Below, one piece after another: positions 1-15,644 of a stretch of DNA of 64,000 bases (within the stretch, counting starts at the first letter, position 1; every line of letters starts with the position of its first letter). The position numbers and the translations under genes were made by a program. This DNA is from Amoeboaphelidium protococcarum X5 (lineage: Eukaryota; Fungi; Aphelidiomycota), in the NCBI GenBank assembly GCA_023515725.1, contig JALDTO010000192.1, positions 761,517-825,516 on the forward strand. The letters run 5' to 3'. The notes below the pieces were generated by a model that had not been told where the DNA came from, did not search any database, and was given only the letters and a program-made list of their open reading frames with translations.

Positions 1-460
1 TACTTAAACCAGTCTTGGCATTGAATTAAAAAATAACCTTCTCACTCATTCTCCTCAGCATTAATTATGATATGAAAACGGTAGATAAAGTGACCAAGAA
101 AGAATAAAGTTAAGCGCGTGCTGAGATTAACCCGCAAGAAAAGACGACGCGTCAAGCTACGAGAGAAGATTCAACCTTAACGCGTTTTAGAATTGTTTCA
201 CGTCATTGTTTGCTCTGTGTGAAACGGTTGATTATGGTCACGTACGTACTATATGTTTTCAATGCAGTGATGGCGAATCTACTGGTTGTTATGCTGACTG
301 ATTGGTTGATTGAGTAGGAAGGCGTTGTCCTGGTAACAATGAGAATGACAATGTTCTCATCGCATTGTCTTGGCCGGATCTTGCCATTTTTACTTATAAT
401 TGCATTAAAAAGTTTTTAACTTTCAGTATCAGTTGACATATCATCACTTATATACAAGTA

Positions 461-1192
461 ATGGAGTCTGTTATTGCTAATAATCACGAGAAAAGAGCGG
501 AGTAAACTCTGGGCGCATTCTCACCGCCGGCAAGTAAATTGAAGTCTGTCGGATCTCTGAGGCGTTCTGATATCTCAAAGAAACTGAAATCTAATCCATT
601 CCTTAAAATTGATTAGAGATTTAGTGATTCAACTGGAGATGCATTAGGGAAGAAGAGCGATACTCCCGTCGTTGAGAAACTGGTTCGCAGAGGCACAGTA
701 AAGAATAACCCATTTATTGTTAAAGATTAAAAGTAATAAGATTGCAGATTGCCACCTCAATCATAAAAATTCAATTCTCCGGCCATTTAGAAATCTGCCG
801 TTGTTAAGAATGCAACAGAAAAGCGTGTTGTGGTGCCTCATAATGGATCTCTGATTGATCGCTCATCGCTGTGTAAGGTGATAGACAATCCGTTCATGAA
901 ACTTGCTCACCACGTCAGGGCGGCGATTCCACCAGTCGTGAAGCATTAATCATCATCTGTTATGAAGAAAGTTTTCCCTCAGTCGCGCCCAACTTCTGCT
1001 AAATAAATGATGGCCGGAAACGGGAAATCCGCGTCAGAGGCTCAGTTGAATAGTGAAGCTGTAACAGTGTAGACCAGTACCAAGTCGGAGAATATCAAAG
1101 CACCATCTGAAATATCACTAATGCGCAAGTTTGTTCTAGAGTAGATGACTGTAAAGGTGAAGCAGAATATTCAAAAACTGCGCGAACCATGA
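461..1192 (+). CDS. Hypothetical 243-aa basic, low-complexity protein with three NPF motifs
   Basis: Table-6 ORF from ATG461 to TGA1190-1192. Contains KSNPFLKID, KNNPFIVKD and IDNPFMKL. No recognised family. Confidence 0.55.
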
Positions 1193-1467
1193 ATAAATTA
1201 TGATACCAGATTGTTAAAATAAATCTTGTAGTTGTTTTCACTCTCACCACTATTTCTTCTTTGATCGCGCTCATTAGCCCCTTATGAGAAATCGAACCAA
1301 ACGAGCGAGCGAACCTTAGAAACTTTGATCGAGCGTGCTTTGATTTTCGATTGAATTCTTTGCAGGTTTTTTTCGGGCGTCGTGAAAATATATTGTGACG
1401 TTGTTCTAATCAGCAACAATCATATCAGCAATTATTTGATTTACACAATATATCCTCGATATAAAAA

Positions 1468-3746
<2,279 letters not shown>

Positions 3747-3905
3747 GACATTTGAAAGTTTGCAATAGAAAATTTTATTAGTTAACAACAATTACGATGC
3801 ATTACTTTACATTTGCTCGTTTACTTGATTTCCATTTGCGACCACGTTTTTGTACTGACTACGCAATGAGAAGGATATATACTAATGACACTTCACAACA
3901 GTAAA

Positions 3906-5441
3906 TCACCAGGTTGCGCCCATGACTTGAGTGTGAACAGATTTATCATATGGCCCTTTGCGCCAACCATCATTGAGATTCTAAATCATCTAATCTATTA
4001 CTTGAGATGTTATATTACGACAATTGTAAATCTGCAACCAAATAAGGTGGTGGTACGTACGACGAAGTTCTCCAAGAGCAAATACACTTTCCGCGGTAAT
4101 CAAATTTAATCCTTTCAGTGAGAGTGACTTTAATCTCTGGCAATTCTCAGTAAGAGCTATCAGTGGGGCGTCTGTAATCTATGAGCAATATGATAAATCT
4201 AATAGTTCTAATCTTGGACAATTCTGAGCGACTGCCAATATGGACGCGTCAGTCAATAAGGCCGCACTCTTATGCTTACTCTATCTAGTTAAATCAATCC
4301 AGCGTAATTCAGACTAAGATTACACTACAGCTATTATACCTTGATCACTAATACCATTACAACAATTCAAATCCAAATATTGCAAACTAGTAATTGCTGA
4401 TTAAGATATCCACTTTAACCCATCATCTGTAATTTTTGTACCTGCCAGCCTTAATCTCTCTATATGAGAACAATAGGTGGCTATCGTTCTCAATACAGAA
4501 TCTCCAACTTATTTGCAACCTTTAAGATTAATACATCGCAAATATTTCATCTGCATCAACAATGGACACAAGGAGTGTTCAGTTATATCTGCAAGATGCG
4601 ACAGATCAAGTTTAGTTATATTGCTGGTGCAATTTCTAAGTGACAACTACAGTAAGCCTTAATCAGTGATCAAACTAGCTCCTCCCAGACTGATCGATAT
4701 CAACTATGAGCTATTCTAAAATGGTCCACTGATTAAATCCAAAAGTAAATCATCCACTACAACTTCTTCTTCCCCTGCCTGTATCAACGGTCCAAAATCC
4801 AAATGTCGAATCCATGTAAATAACGCTGGATACGGCTAAGCATCTTATGACACCTTTGATTTCGACTGCTACTTTTATAAATTTTTAATTTAACGGACGC
4901 GCTTATATCTAGACTAAATCTATTGCTAAGACTATTATTGCAAAGATGTAAATGTCAATGCTCGCTTCTTACTTGATCCTCCTCCATGCTCAAGATCTAA
5001 TCTAGCAAGAGCTAACAGAAATAAATCCAATTGAGTCTGCAAATCGTCTTTTCCATTTCTATTAAAAGTCAACAACTTCCACATCTTGGATAACCATCCA
5101 CCATTATTAGAGATACCACCGCCGCGTTCATCAAAAGATTGCGATACTGCAGCGGTATGAGATGATTATCTTCCATCAATGTGGGAATCCTGGGACCATA
5201 GAGATGATAGACTATTGCGTCGATTCCTACGACTCTGATTAAATCTATACTAACCACCAGCTCCATCATCCTTATCTCCACTTCTATTACACAACCAGAA
5301 GGGCAGATTAAATGGATCGCGATACAGAATCGATCCAGCTACTGTGCGCCACTTCTTATTGATCTGCATAGCGATCAACAACGTTTCAGACTGACAGTTG
5401 GACAAGACAGCGTGCACAATCTCTGCGGGAATACTATTCAC
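3906..5441 (-). CDS. F-box/LRR (FBXL/Grr1-like) SCF substrate receptor, 511 aa
   Basis: N-terminal F-box-like IPAEIVHAVLS..MQINKKWR. Cys-containing LRRs such as [32 protein letters not shown]. Continuous table-6 frame to TGA 3906-3908. Confidence 0.85.
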
Positions 5442-6095
5442 ATTTAATGATAATTCTTATTTCGATTAACTTTGATCAAATTTACGGCTACTATCATGCC
5501 CATCATAATCTTCCTAGTAAATTGAACCGCTACGACTCTCAGTACATTGCGCGTGTTACGTATCACCACTAAGGCTTCTCTCCCTGTTGTGGCTATAAGA
5601 CAAATGTAACACCATTTCTATTTCAATATATCACAGGTATAAGGTATATGAAAATTGCTTAATATTACAAACTTATTAGCAGCAATAAAAAAATTTGCAG
5701 TGATGATAGTAAATAAACAGCAACTCGAGAATTCTGATGATTGTAGCAGTTGAAGTGAGTGAGTGAATCAATGCTTTTGTGATTCTAATCGACAGTTTGT
5801 GTGCTCCTGTCAACATGATTAGGGACAATCGCTGATCGCATGTTGAGGTTTTAACCAGCAACATGGTTCAATTTACAGTAAGAGGTGATAAAAGTAAAAA
5901 TTTATAAAGGTGATGTTAGAATTAAATTAAATTAAAATCACAGCATCAAACACAGGCATGTGAACTTTGTAAAGGGTGGGTGGGTTCATAACGATCAGAA
6001 AAACTTTTATCCAGAGAATTTTCAAATTTTCACAAAATCTTACCACACAGAGAAGCACCGTTGCTTGATATCCACCAATATTAATTGCGAATAAT

Positions 6096-7020
6096 ATGCC
6101 AATAATGAGCAACGGTTCAGTCACATCTCCACAAAAGTAGACTTACATTATTGGTATCGCCGGTGGAAGTGCTAGCGGTAAAACTTCTGTATCAGAGTAA
6201 GTTTTAATCACTGGTTTACCAGTGTTGATATCACAGCATGCTTCTTATGAGAGTGTAGACTGATCATTAGTAATCTGGACGTTTCTTCCGTCGCTTTGAT
6301 ATCTATGGATAGCTTCTACAAAATACTCACAAAGGAGTAGATCGCTGCAGCTAATAAAGCAGAATATGACTTTGATCATCCCAGTAAGAGACAATGTCGA
6401 CTATTGTTTATTAAACTATCACATTGAGGCTCAGTGTTTCTATGTAGACGCGTTCGATTTTGATTTGCTCTTTTAAATTCTGCATCAGCTCAAGTCTGGT
6501 TAGGAAGTTGATATTCCAATTTATGACTTCAAGACTCATTCAAGGTATCTATTGTTGTATCTGGTCTTTGACATTTTTCTCCTTTTTATAAGTGTAGATT
6601 GGACGAATGTATAAAGATTAGTGGCGCGTCAGTGGTTGTCTTTGAGGGAATATTTGCGCTGTATGATCAGGAGATTATGAAGCTGATGGACCTCAAGCTA
6701 TTTGTTGATGCTGACGACGATATTCGCTTAGCCAGGCGTTGTAAGTTTTCAGTGTATGAATACTTCACTCTATATCTTCACTAATCATTCTCTTTACGTG
6801 ATATAATGTAGTGAGACGCGATATTGCGGATAGAGGTAGATCGCTTGACTCGGTGCTCACTTAGTATTAAAGATTTGTGAAGCCGTCATTTGATGAATTC
6901 GTGAGACCAACTATGAAGTATGCCGATGTCATTGTGCCTAGAGGTGCAGACAACACGGTGGCCATTAACCTGTTATCTGAGCACATTTCTCTATAGCTCT
7001 AGGAGAAGCACATTGAGTGA
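6096..7020 (+). CDS. URK1: Uridine-cytidine kinase (kinase domain only); introns 6197-6258, 6384-6447, 6545-6597, 6741-6811
   Basis: [14 protein letters not shown]-loop, [52 protein letters not shown]. Four GT..TGTAG introns restore the frame. Confidence 0.92.
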
Positions 7021-7099
7021 ATGAATAAGTTGAGCGTATACTAGCCGCAGTAATAAAAAGTCGGCAGATAAATAAAAGTAAATTATGTGTTGTTATAGC

Positions 7100-8930
7100 C
7101 GATTTACATCATTATTGAGGATGTTTTGAGTAGTTGCAGATTTTCTTCATCACGGCCAGTAATAGATGAATTATCAAGCTCATTCATTGTGATTATATCC
7201 TATTTGGACATTTGCGCAGAATCTTGAGCTATGCGAGCAGCGCCAGCTTCACATTCAGCAGCCCAGTCTAGACGGAGCACAAATATTCCAATTGAGATGC
7301 CAAGACACAATATAGCAGTAGCTATACCGATCCAAAGCCCGAGAACGCCAAATCCACTAGCAGAAGGTTCATTTCCAACTTTTACTATTAAAGAAGAAGA
7401 TGACTACTAAGATGTGGTGACATTCATGAGACTTGAAGCGAAATCTTGCAATTATTAACTGAATCCATATCCAAATGCCATCACATAGCCGAGAGGAACG
7501 CATATCAAGTAATAACATCCAAGAGTGAACACAGCACCCATTTCTTATCTACCGCAGGCACGAAGAATACTCTAAGATAATGTCTAGACGCCATCGAAAA
7601 CTTGATAAAAAGCACAAACTGGTAATAATTACTAGATGAAATGAGCCATTAACTGCTTGGAGGCTAGCGCAGTCTCTGCAGATAATTACTCATCTTGAGA
7701 GGCTTCGGCTTATAAGAACGCATTTGCTATTCTATCACCATTTATTATCAGAATTGTTGAATTTACAAGCATAGAGAGTATCGTAATAGCAAGAGACAAC
7801 CTGACGACAATCTTTGATCTAATGGCATCATTCGCACCCAAGTAATTCCCAATAGTGACGCCAGAAGCTATACTCAATCCATAAGGAATCATGTACATAG
7901 AATAGACTGTATTTTGCACAATAGAGTGGGCACTCAAACTGATTGGTCCAATAGATCCAGCAAGAAGAGCACAAATTTCAAAAGCCCACCATTCGGCACA
8001 AATCATTAAACTGTTTGGTAATGCGAGACGATAATACAAAGCCCAACCTTTAAAGGTATTTCTGGAAAATATAATCGGTGGGATTCTACCATTTGCAATA
8101 TACCTCTAGTATACTAGAATCGATACAACAAGCGATCCATAAGCTAGATTAAGAGATATTGCGGCACCGACGTAGCCCATTTTCAGTTGTCCCACCATCA
8201 CGTAATGACATATCCAATTGACAAGACAGCCTATGAGCATTGATATAAATGCTGCCGTAGTGTCGCCATGGCACTAAATGTATCGCTTATAAACTTCAAA
8301 AGTCATAAATAGCGGTATAGCCGGACTTGACCATCGACAATAAGTCTACGCTACTATCGCCACTTCATACGGCTAACGCATAATATTAATAAGAATCGGT
8401 GCGCAAAGACATAATGTGAGACAGATGGGAATACAAGTGATCCAGATAATCACCAAAGCTTTTGACAGTGTGGTGCCAAGATACAGCCGCGATCTAGAAC
8501 TTCCGCCATGCAAATGCTATTAAGACACAACACTACCACCATCACCTCTCCTCTACATACCGACACTCTATGCAACCAGAGTATCCAATCCACCGCACAT
8601 ACCGTAACCAACGCTGTAACCGATGGCATTATACAGCGAAAATGCCAGCGATATTCCCGCCAGAGCAGTGACATCCCCAGACTATCCAACGTAGTGCATA
8701 GACACCAGCGACATTGTAGCAAAGAACCAGTAAGTCAATACTAAAGGGACAGAGAGCCTGAGCAGTTTAATCAATTCAACATAGTACAGCGACTTTTAGA
8801 CAGTGTGAAACAGTTCTATGATTCTAGTTTTACTAAGCGAAAAGACGAATTACTTTTAGCCAGATGAAGATTAATATTCTTGACTATCAGACAGGTCCTG
8901 AGATTCGCCAATTCGGCGATATATAGTCAT
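7100..8930 (-). CDS. MATE-family transporter (3' end unresolved)
   Basis: ATG8930; LALPNSLMICAEWWAFE, IPYGLSIASGVTIGNYLGAN, C-terminal LDWAAECEAGAARI. First in-frame TGA is at 6765-6767, so the lower coordinate is approximate. Confidence 0.85.
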
Positions 8931-10077
8931 TTAAATTTAATTAGGTAATTATTTATTTAACGTAGGCACAATATAAAAGAAACGCAAACAACAAGAAAGA
9001 GTTTAACATCGTCGGCGCGGTGAGAACTTTGCCCTTCCCTGGATACAACACTGATTTCGTTTTGATTGAAACCAGAATGATAAGATTATGAAATTACTGT
9101 AAATAGGGCGATCTCAGTCCTTTAGACTTTATTTCTACTTACAGGCGAATATGTAGCAAGCGTTATAGGCAAAATTTTTGAAGGAAGTTTTGAGACAAGA
9201 GTGCCATTAAAGATGCAAGGTAAGTATTTGAATTCGTCAATTGATGAGTCATGGTTGATACAGAATACAGAGACAGAAGCTGAAATCTTATTACTTGTTA
9301 GAAAAAGTGAGAAAGACACGTTGAAAAATGCATCGATAGTTAGAATATCAAGTGCCAGGGTGACTGGAATATGCCACGATGTTGGCCTTTTACAGTATTA
9401 TTTGCTGTCTGGGTGCTGCACGGTATTCTCAATCAAAGTGAGAGTAAAAGAAGCGTTCTGACCGTGAAATATTGAAGTGATTAGCGTGAGTTGTGAGTGA
9501 GTATAACTAATAACATGGCGTCTGCATGTTCCGCATTTGTCATCCCCTGAAACAGTTACAATACACTGGTACTGCTGTAAGTATAAACTGCCTGTACTTT
9601 CGGTAGCAAGTTTTGACGCGTTGATCTTTCAAACAGCTCCAAGAAGTGTTGCCTGAAAGATCGATTTTTAAGTTGAAGGTATGCTCAGAAAAGGGTTCTT
9701 ATAATTTTGCTCCTAACTAGAAAAATAATTAGATATCAAGTATCTAGTGCAGCCAGAATGGTCCCTGGTAACGAAGTAGTTCATTTGTAGACGCGATACA
9801 AAGAAGAATCGTAAGTTTTAAGGCAGAAAGTTGTCGAAGGCAGCGTTACAAGAAATTACAAAGCTGTTTAACAGTGTTGAGCCGCGAGCCTCCAAGTACA
9901 CACAAACGGTGGTTGTAGATTAGGTGGATGAGATTGTAAGACCTCGCTTGCTGGGGATTATTTCCTGGAAGGTATATAATCAGACTGATATGACATTAAT
10001 TTAGCGTGGCTTTTGAGTTGATCGAATGAATAACATTTAACTTATCTTAAATTTTTAACGATTACCTGCACCTTTAA

Positions 10078-10800
10078 TCACAAATTTCTCAATTATTCCA
10101 AGTACATCACTACTTCCTGCAACTCCACTGAGAGGTTCTTAAAATAGAGAAAATTTAGATGCTATATAGTCAACTCCAGCATCACAGGATACACTACAAC
10201 TTGAGACAGAAAAGGATCACTATGAACGAAGGCTTTAGTGTCGAAATCTGATAACAGCAGAGACAGAGACTACAAAGTAAAATCAATCTCCTTCTTGAAG
10301 CAATAAAAACTATATTATGCCAGTCGAAAACGCGTCGAAAAATCTAATTTTATTACCAAGTCTGGATCGTCTTGAAAAACCACGGCCATTATGTCTTCAT
10401 GATCACCACTGCGATCCAAAAGCAAATTGATAATCATATTTGCATACTGTATTGAATCTTGAGCTACCAATTGGCGCAGCAAACGGCCGAATAGCGATAA
10501 AGTATCATCAGAGAGAGGGTGATTAAAAGATACGATGCCAGCCAATACGTTTGATAGTAATTGATTTCTAATGGCCTGACTCAAGTCTGAAAGAGTGTCA
10601 GAGTGCGAAGATAGTTTCGAGTTTACACCAAGGCACCAACATAGAGCGTCGCACTGAGCGCGTACCAAGTCCTCATTTTGACTATTGGAGTTATTTTCTC
10701 CTTATGAACTTTGAGATAACTATCTCATTAAAGTTTAGACCGCCTTACTTCTTGTCTCGAATCCGTCTAAATCTTTAAGTAAAATCGAAAGATTATCCAT
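10078..10800 (-). CDS. Hypothetical Leu-rich alpha-helical protein, 240 aa
   Basis: Table-6 ORF from ATG10800 to TGA10078, containing track ORF 10315-10668. No recognised motif. Confidence 0.55.
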
Positions 10801-11007
10801 TGTGTAACGTCGAGGTGACTATTGATATACTTACAAAGACTATAAAGATACGGTACGCAGTGTAAGTGACCAACCGTTCTTTGTTTCAGAGCGCGGCTAA
10901 AGTTGAAACATTCGATCGCCTTATCACCGACCACTTATCCCCTTTACCTTCCCTTTTATAGGTAATGTAGTAGATCGTCAACAGCAGTTTTATATACTGT
11001 CGTTAAT

Positions 11008-11763
11008 ATGGTAGTCACTAATTCTGTTTTTGCATTTGGGAGTTTGGATAGTTTGAAGAACTCTTAAAGTTTAAGTGGTCAATAGAGGAAATCACCTCGA
11101 ACATCATATTCAAAGAGTAACTATTTAAAACATGAAATTGTTGCACCTCGTCGTGTCTTTTTAATTTTATACTCTGTGCTGAATATTCTTGCAATATCTA
11201 GTCTTTATGGTACGGAGATTTTTGATAATCTACTGAATACTATCAATTTGTCTTATACCGAGTGGTCTATTTTAATAGCTCGATTGGTTGGATGGTTGGT
11301 TCTGCACAGACTGTTAACATCTAATCCGGGAGTTATTATTGCCAAAGTTAAAAACGACGGCGCAGTAAAGCGATTTAATCCGATCAATCTCAGTCTTAGC
11401 TGTAAGTATTGTTAGATTGAAGATCAACTCCCGATTGGCAGTCGACATTGTCGGACGTGTAATCATTGTGTTAAAGGCTTCGATCATCACTGCTGGTACT
11501 TGAGCAAAGATATTTCACGCGAAAATTACGCAAATTTCTTTAGTTTTATGCTGATTGAATGGCTTCTTATTGTATGGTATCTCACATACATTTAAGCGTG
11601 CCCGCTGTCTCGTCACTTGTCTATCATGGTGCTTCGGTCGTGTTTATAGGCAATCTTGTGTATCACTCTATGCCCCCTGTCCTGTCTATTCACATTTCAT
11701 TGTTATCTCATTGCCAGCGGAATGAAAACGTACTAAATGTTCCAATAGCATAAAAGAGATTGA
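11008..11763 (+). CDS. DHHC palmitoyltransferase, 251 aa
   Basis: CKYC[TAG=Q]IEDQLPIGSRHCRTCNHCVKGFDHHCWYL..ISRENYANFF, flanked by hydrophobic helices. TGA 11761-11763. Confidence 0.9.
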
Positions 11764-11848
11764 TTCAATGTTAAAAACTAAAAAGGCATGTAAAGAGTAT
11801 AGAAAGAGAAGATATACACTGTAGTGTACAATGTATACATTTAATGCA

Positions 11849-13489
11849 TCAACCAAATACTGATGGTGGGATAAATGTCCAGGCAGTTCCTGTGGTAGCC
11901 ATTGCACAGCTTACAATTAGAATCGTGATATTGAGAATTCTCTCAGCCAGTGATAGCGTGCCTCTGTATAGCTTCAAGTAGCAGAAAAGAGGGAATATCA
12001 CACTGACCAGGAAACTGAACAAGGCGCCCAGCAGAGATATTATCCTCTCAAAACCAGGGAATATAATGGCAATGAATAACACAAGACTCGATACTACTGT
12101 CCTCAGCAAGATTCTGAATATATCATACGGAAGTCGGATAGTAGGTCCACTACCACCACATAGATTGCACGTCACTGTAGAATACCGTTTACTACCTATG
12201 AGAAACGATTCTTCTTACTTTAGCATTTTGAGCGTAAAGAATTCAAACGTGGTAAACACTGGAGACATGGTGAGTGCAAATTTGGTCATTGGATTCACGG
12301 CAATTATCCAAATACAAATGACATTCAACACTTGATTATAACCGGGAACTTGGGCGATATTCTTTGTGATTTCATCCAATGTCCCTTGGCCAAACATCAA
12401 ATACCCAAATGTGGCCATTGACGCGTAAAGAATGCAAGTCACAACGTATGTGATGTTCAACATGGTGCCAAATCTCTCTGGCTACTTCATATCACGATAA
12501 ATCTATGGAAAAATGGCGTGTCCAGCGAATCCACTCATACATAGACCGAATACTAGAGGTATTTTGTATGCATTGATAGGCCATGCAGTAGTTGGTGCAG
12601 GATTAACAATACTGCCCGGAGTTTCGGTATGTGTCACACCATCGTACAAAATCACAGAAAGCAGATTAATGATGGTAAAGATACCAACCAGGCTTACGTA
12701 AGAGAGCACACGTAGATCTTTAAGCCAAGTAAACGGACAGACACATGCAAACGCGATAACTTTAAGAAGCAATAAATCAACAGACGGAAATAGTGCATGC
12801 AAAGAGTCGGCAATCAGGATAATAAGCGCTACTGCGGCGGCAATTAGCTCCATAGTAAACAGAATCATTATAAAAATCTATCCACTCCTGCCGAATGCAG
12901 CCTCCCCAATATCAGAGTAAGTATTTAATCGCTTCGGCTGTGTAGACGTGCTATTAATTAATGTCGCCGCTGGTGATTCCTCCGTAAAACTGTCAATCTT
13001 ATTCATCAGTGGTTCAGCGGCCGGAGTATTAAATTGAGTGGAAGCATGAGATCCATAAGATGCTACAGAGCTACGTAAATTATAAGGCTACTACTTCGCC
13101 TACTCTTAATATAACACTGGAGATTCCATACTTTATATAGTATCAACCAGGTCCTAATCTTGATAATCCATACATTTTGCGATTATACGAGCAGTGTAAT
13201 TGGTAAGGATCATGAAGCCAATCAGAAGCGAGACACCCAAATACCATCCAGCCAGTTTAAAAGCAAAAGGAAGGGACAGAATACCGACACCTACCAGGAT
13301 ATTGATAGAATTGAAAGTGGTCTAAGCAAATGAAGATTGTCCACCAACATCATCATTCTAACGCGTGTCATCAAGTAGAGGAACATTTTCATTAATAGCA
13401 TCCATCAGATTCGGCTAATTCTACTCTTTCAAAATCTAAAGAGAAGCTATAGAGGTGACGGATGCTCGAGGAAAATAAAGTTGACTCAT
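11849..13489 (-). CDS. AVT1: Vacuolar amino acid transporter (Aa_trans/AVT1-like), 546 aa
   Basis: QSSFAQTTFNSINILVGVGILSLPFAFKLAGW, TYSDIGEAAFG, GFAGHAIFP, NPMTKFALT. One table-6 frame joins three track ORFs. Confidence 0.88.
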
Positions 13490-13746
13490 CTTTCTTTCCT
13501 TATTTTTAAAATAAAACACGGCTAGATAAGTGTATAATAATCGATGATTAAGCTAAAAGAGTGGCGTATAAATATAATTTCTGTTTTCGAGAATGAAATT
13601 TCACACCGTTGCTGATGAAAAAGGAAATTCTCTGTGGCCGAGTCACACAAGGATCCCCGATCGATTCAGATCAGATCTTTCAGTTGCGATTTATCGCACA
13701 ATAGAGTATTGTATTTCACTACTACATGATTTAACTCACATCTATT

Positions 13747-15396
13747 TCATTCAGAGAGATAATCGTCGGATGTCTAGGTATGATCAGCTTCGATGGGCCA
13801 TTCATCATCAAATGTACACATTTTCTGATTAAATTGCGCCTAGATGTACATTTACCATGCATAAAGTCTTTTGTCTGAAGGACAGTGAGAGTTTCGACTG
13901 ATCGCGTCTTTTAAGATTTGAAATCTCAGACGGGCATCAGGATTTTACGCGGTGTCTCTTTATGGACATTACAGCCAACTTTGGTTAGATGACGATAGAC
14001 TTGCAGATAGTGCTTAGTCAGAGTCATTTTCATCCCTGAGCAAAGCTTATTACAACTAAGGCGGCATCCAAACTCTTTACCCTTTAAACATATGTAAACA
14101 GTTATAAGAGCAAAGCTCAAACTTTACTGAAAAGCTTCTGCCTGTCTATTAGTTGCAATGCGTCTCCACCAGTTCCAACTTGTAGTCAAACATCATCTAT
14201 AGACAAAGTTGACACACGCAATTATCATGGTCCTCATTGCGAATATTATCGGCTGGATGAGACTTATTACCGTCTAACTCGGAGAGCGCGCGAAGACAAA
14301 GCTCATACAGCGGAGGGATAGTTTACGGGTGATTTAGCAGTCCAGTCGTCTTATCAGACTGATTATCATCCATCACTAGACAATTTGAATTCAGGCTTAA
14401 AATATTCGATGGTAATAAAGTTATTGGATTACGTCTGATGTCCAGCTTAGTGAGCGATCCTAAAAGCCCAATTTCTTAAGGCAATTAAGTTATTTTATTT
14501 TACACCAGGCCAAATTTAGTTAGTTCATAAAGCTGACCAATGTCGCCAGAGATATTCACAAGATGATTATCGTTCAAGTTGAGCCATCGCAGAGAGCGCA
14601 AACGATAAATGGATTGAGGCAACTCTGCGATTTAATTCATGGCAAAGTTAATGCGCCACACCTTTTTCAAGTTACCTATGTTTGCAGGGATACTTTAAAG
14701 GCAATTCGCGTGCATATCAAGTATTTACAACTTTACCATTTATTAGAACAGATCCGCCGGCAGAGATTAGATGTTGTTTTTGAAGCAAATAAGCTCACAC
14801 AGCTCTGAGCACTACTTCAATGATAACGGCAGAGCTATCAGGCCATTTTTACTCACGTTTAGAATCTATAGCGATGTCAATTAGCCTACAGAGTCTGGTA
14901 GACGCGTTAATTAATTTTACGACACAACAAGAGTTTCCAATGAGCGCATATTACCGATAGATTCGGGCAGTGAGGATAACAAGTTACGCTGCAAGTCTAA
15001 TGCAGTTAAATTATCGAGCTCACCAATCTCCTAAGGCAATTCCTCAATTTGATTTCCAGCCAAAGCTAATAGTCTTAATTAATGCAAATATTATATCTCT
15101 GAAGGGACACGCCGCAATTGATTGTTAGTCAGTGAGAGTTTAGTCAAATGTGGCAACTGAAACACAACAAACGGAATCGTCACGAATCTGTTAGACGACA
15201 ATGATAACTCGCGCAACACTAAGCACTATATTAACTCTTAAGGGAGGGACTCAAGTCCATTGTTGCTTAGAAATAATTTGTTGATAATTGACAAGTCTTC
15301 AAGTTAATCAATCTCCAATGCACCTCGAAGTTGACCGCTTAAAGTAACAATCACATCCTTCTGCTCAGAGCTTTACTTGAACAACGCGTTTCCCAT
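13747..15396 (-). CDS. Leucine-rich-repeat protein, 549 aa, with an MG N-terminus and a BC-box-like/Cys-rich C-terminal region
   Basis: MGNALF start; repeats such as LTKLSLTNNQLRRVPSEIQYLHQLRLLALAGNQIEELPQEIGEL; PSLYELCLRAL; ELCSYNCL. Absent from the ORF track because of in-frame TAA/TAG. Confidence 0.82.
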
Positions 15397-15644
15397 CTAT
15401 TATATTAAATATAATTTTAAATATATCCAGTTATTGAAATATTGAACCTTGGAAAGACTAGAAAGTACATCCAACACGGCCTAATACAAGTCACATTCCG
15501 AAACATATTACCTGCACACCTGATTCGCTGGCAATCACACCAATCTTGTCAATTAATGTACGGAGGTATGAATGTTAACACATTCCATTTATAAACTACT
15601 TATTTACTTCAGCTATTTGATGCCGCTAATAATTAAATATCATT

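Noticed and set aside
100-260. ACGCGT (MCB-like) and CACGT motifs in intergenic DNA, also around 34180-34590
   Set aside because: ACGCGT is also frequent inside coding regions here; enrichment cannot be shown without counting.
1290-1365. Heat-shock element upstream of HSP70
   Set aside because: GAA/TTC units are not in proper alternating nGAAn spacing.
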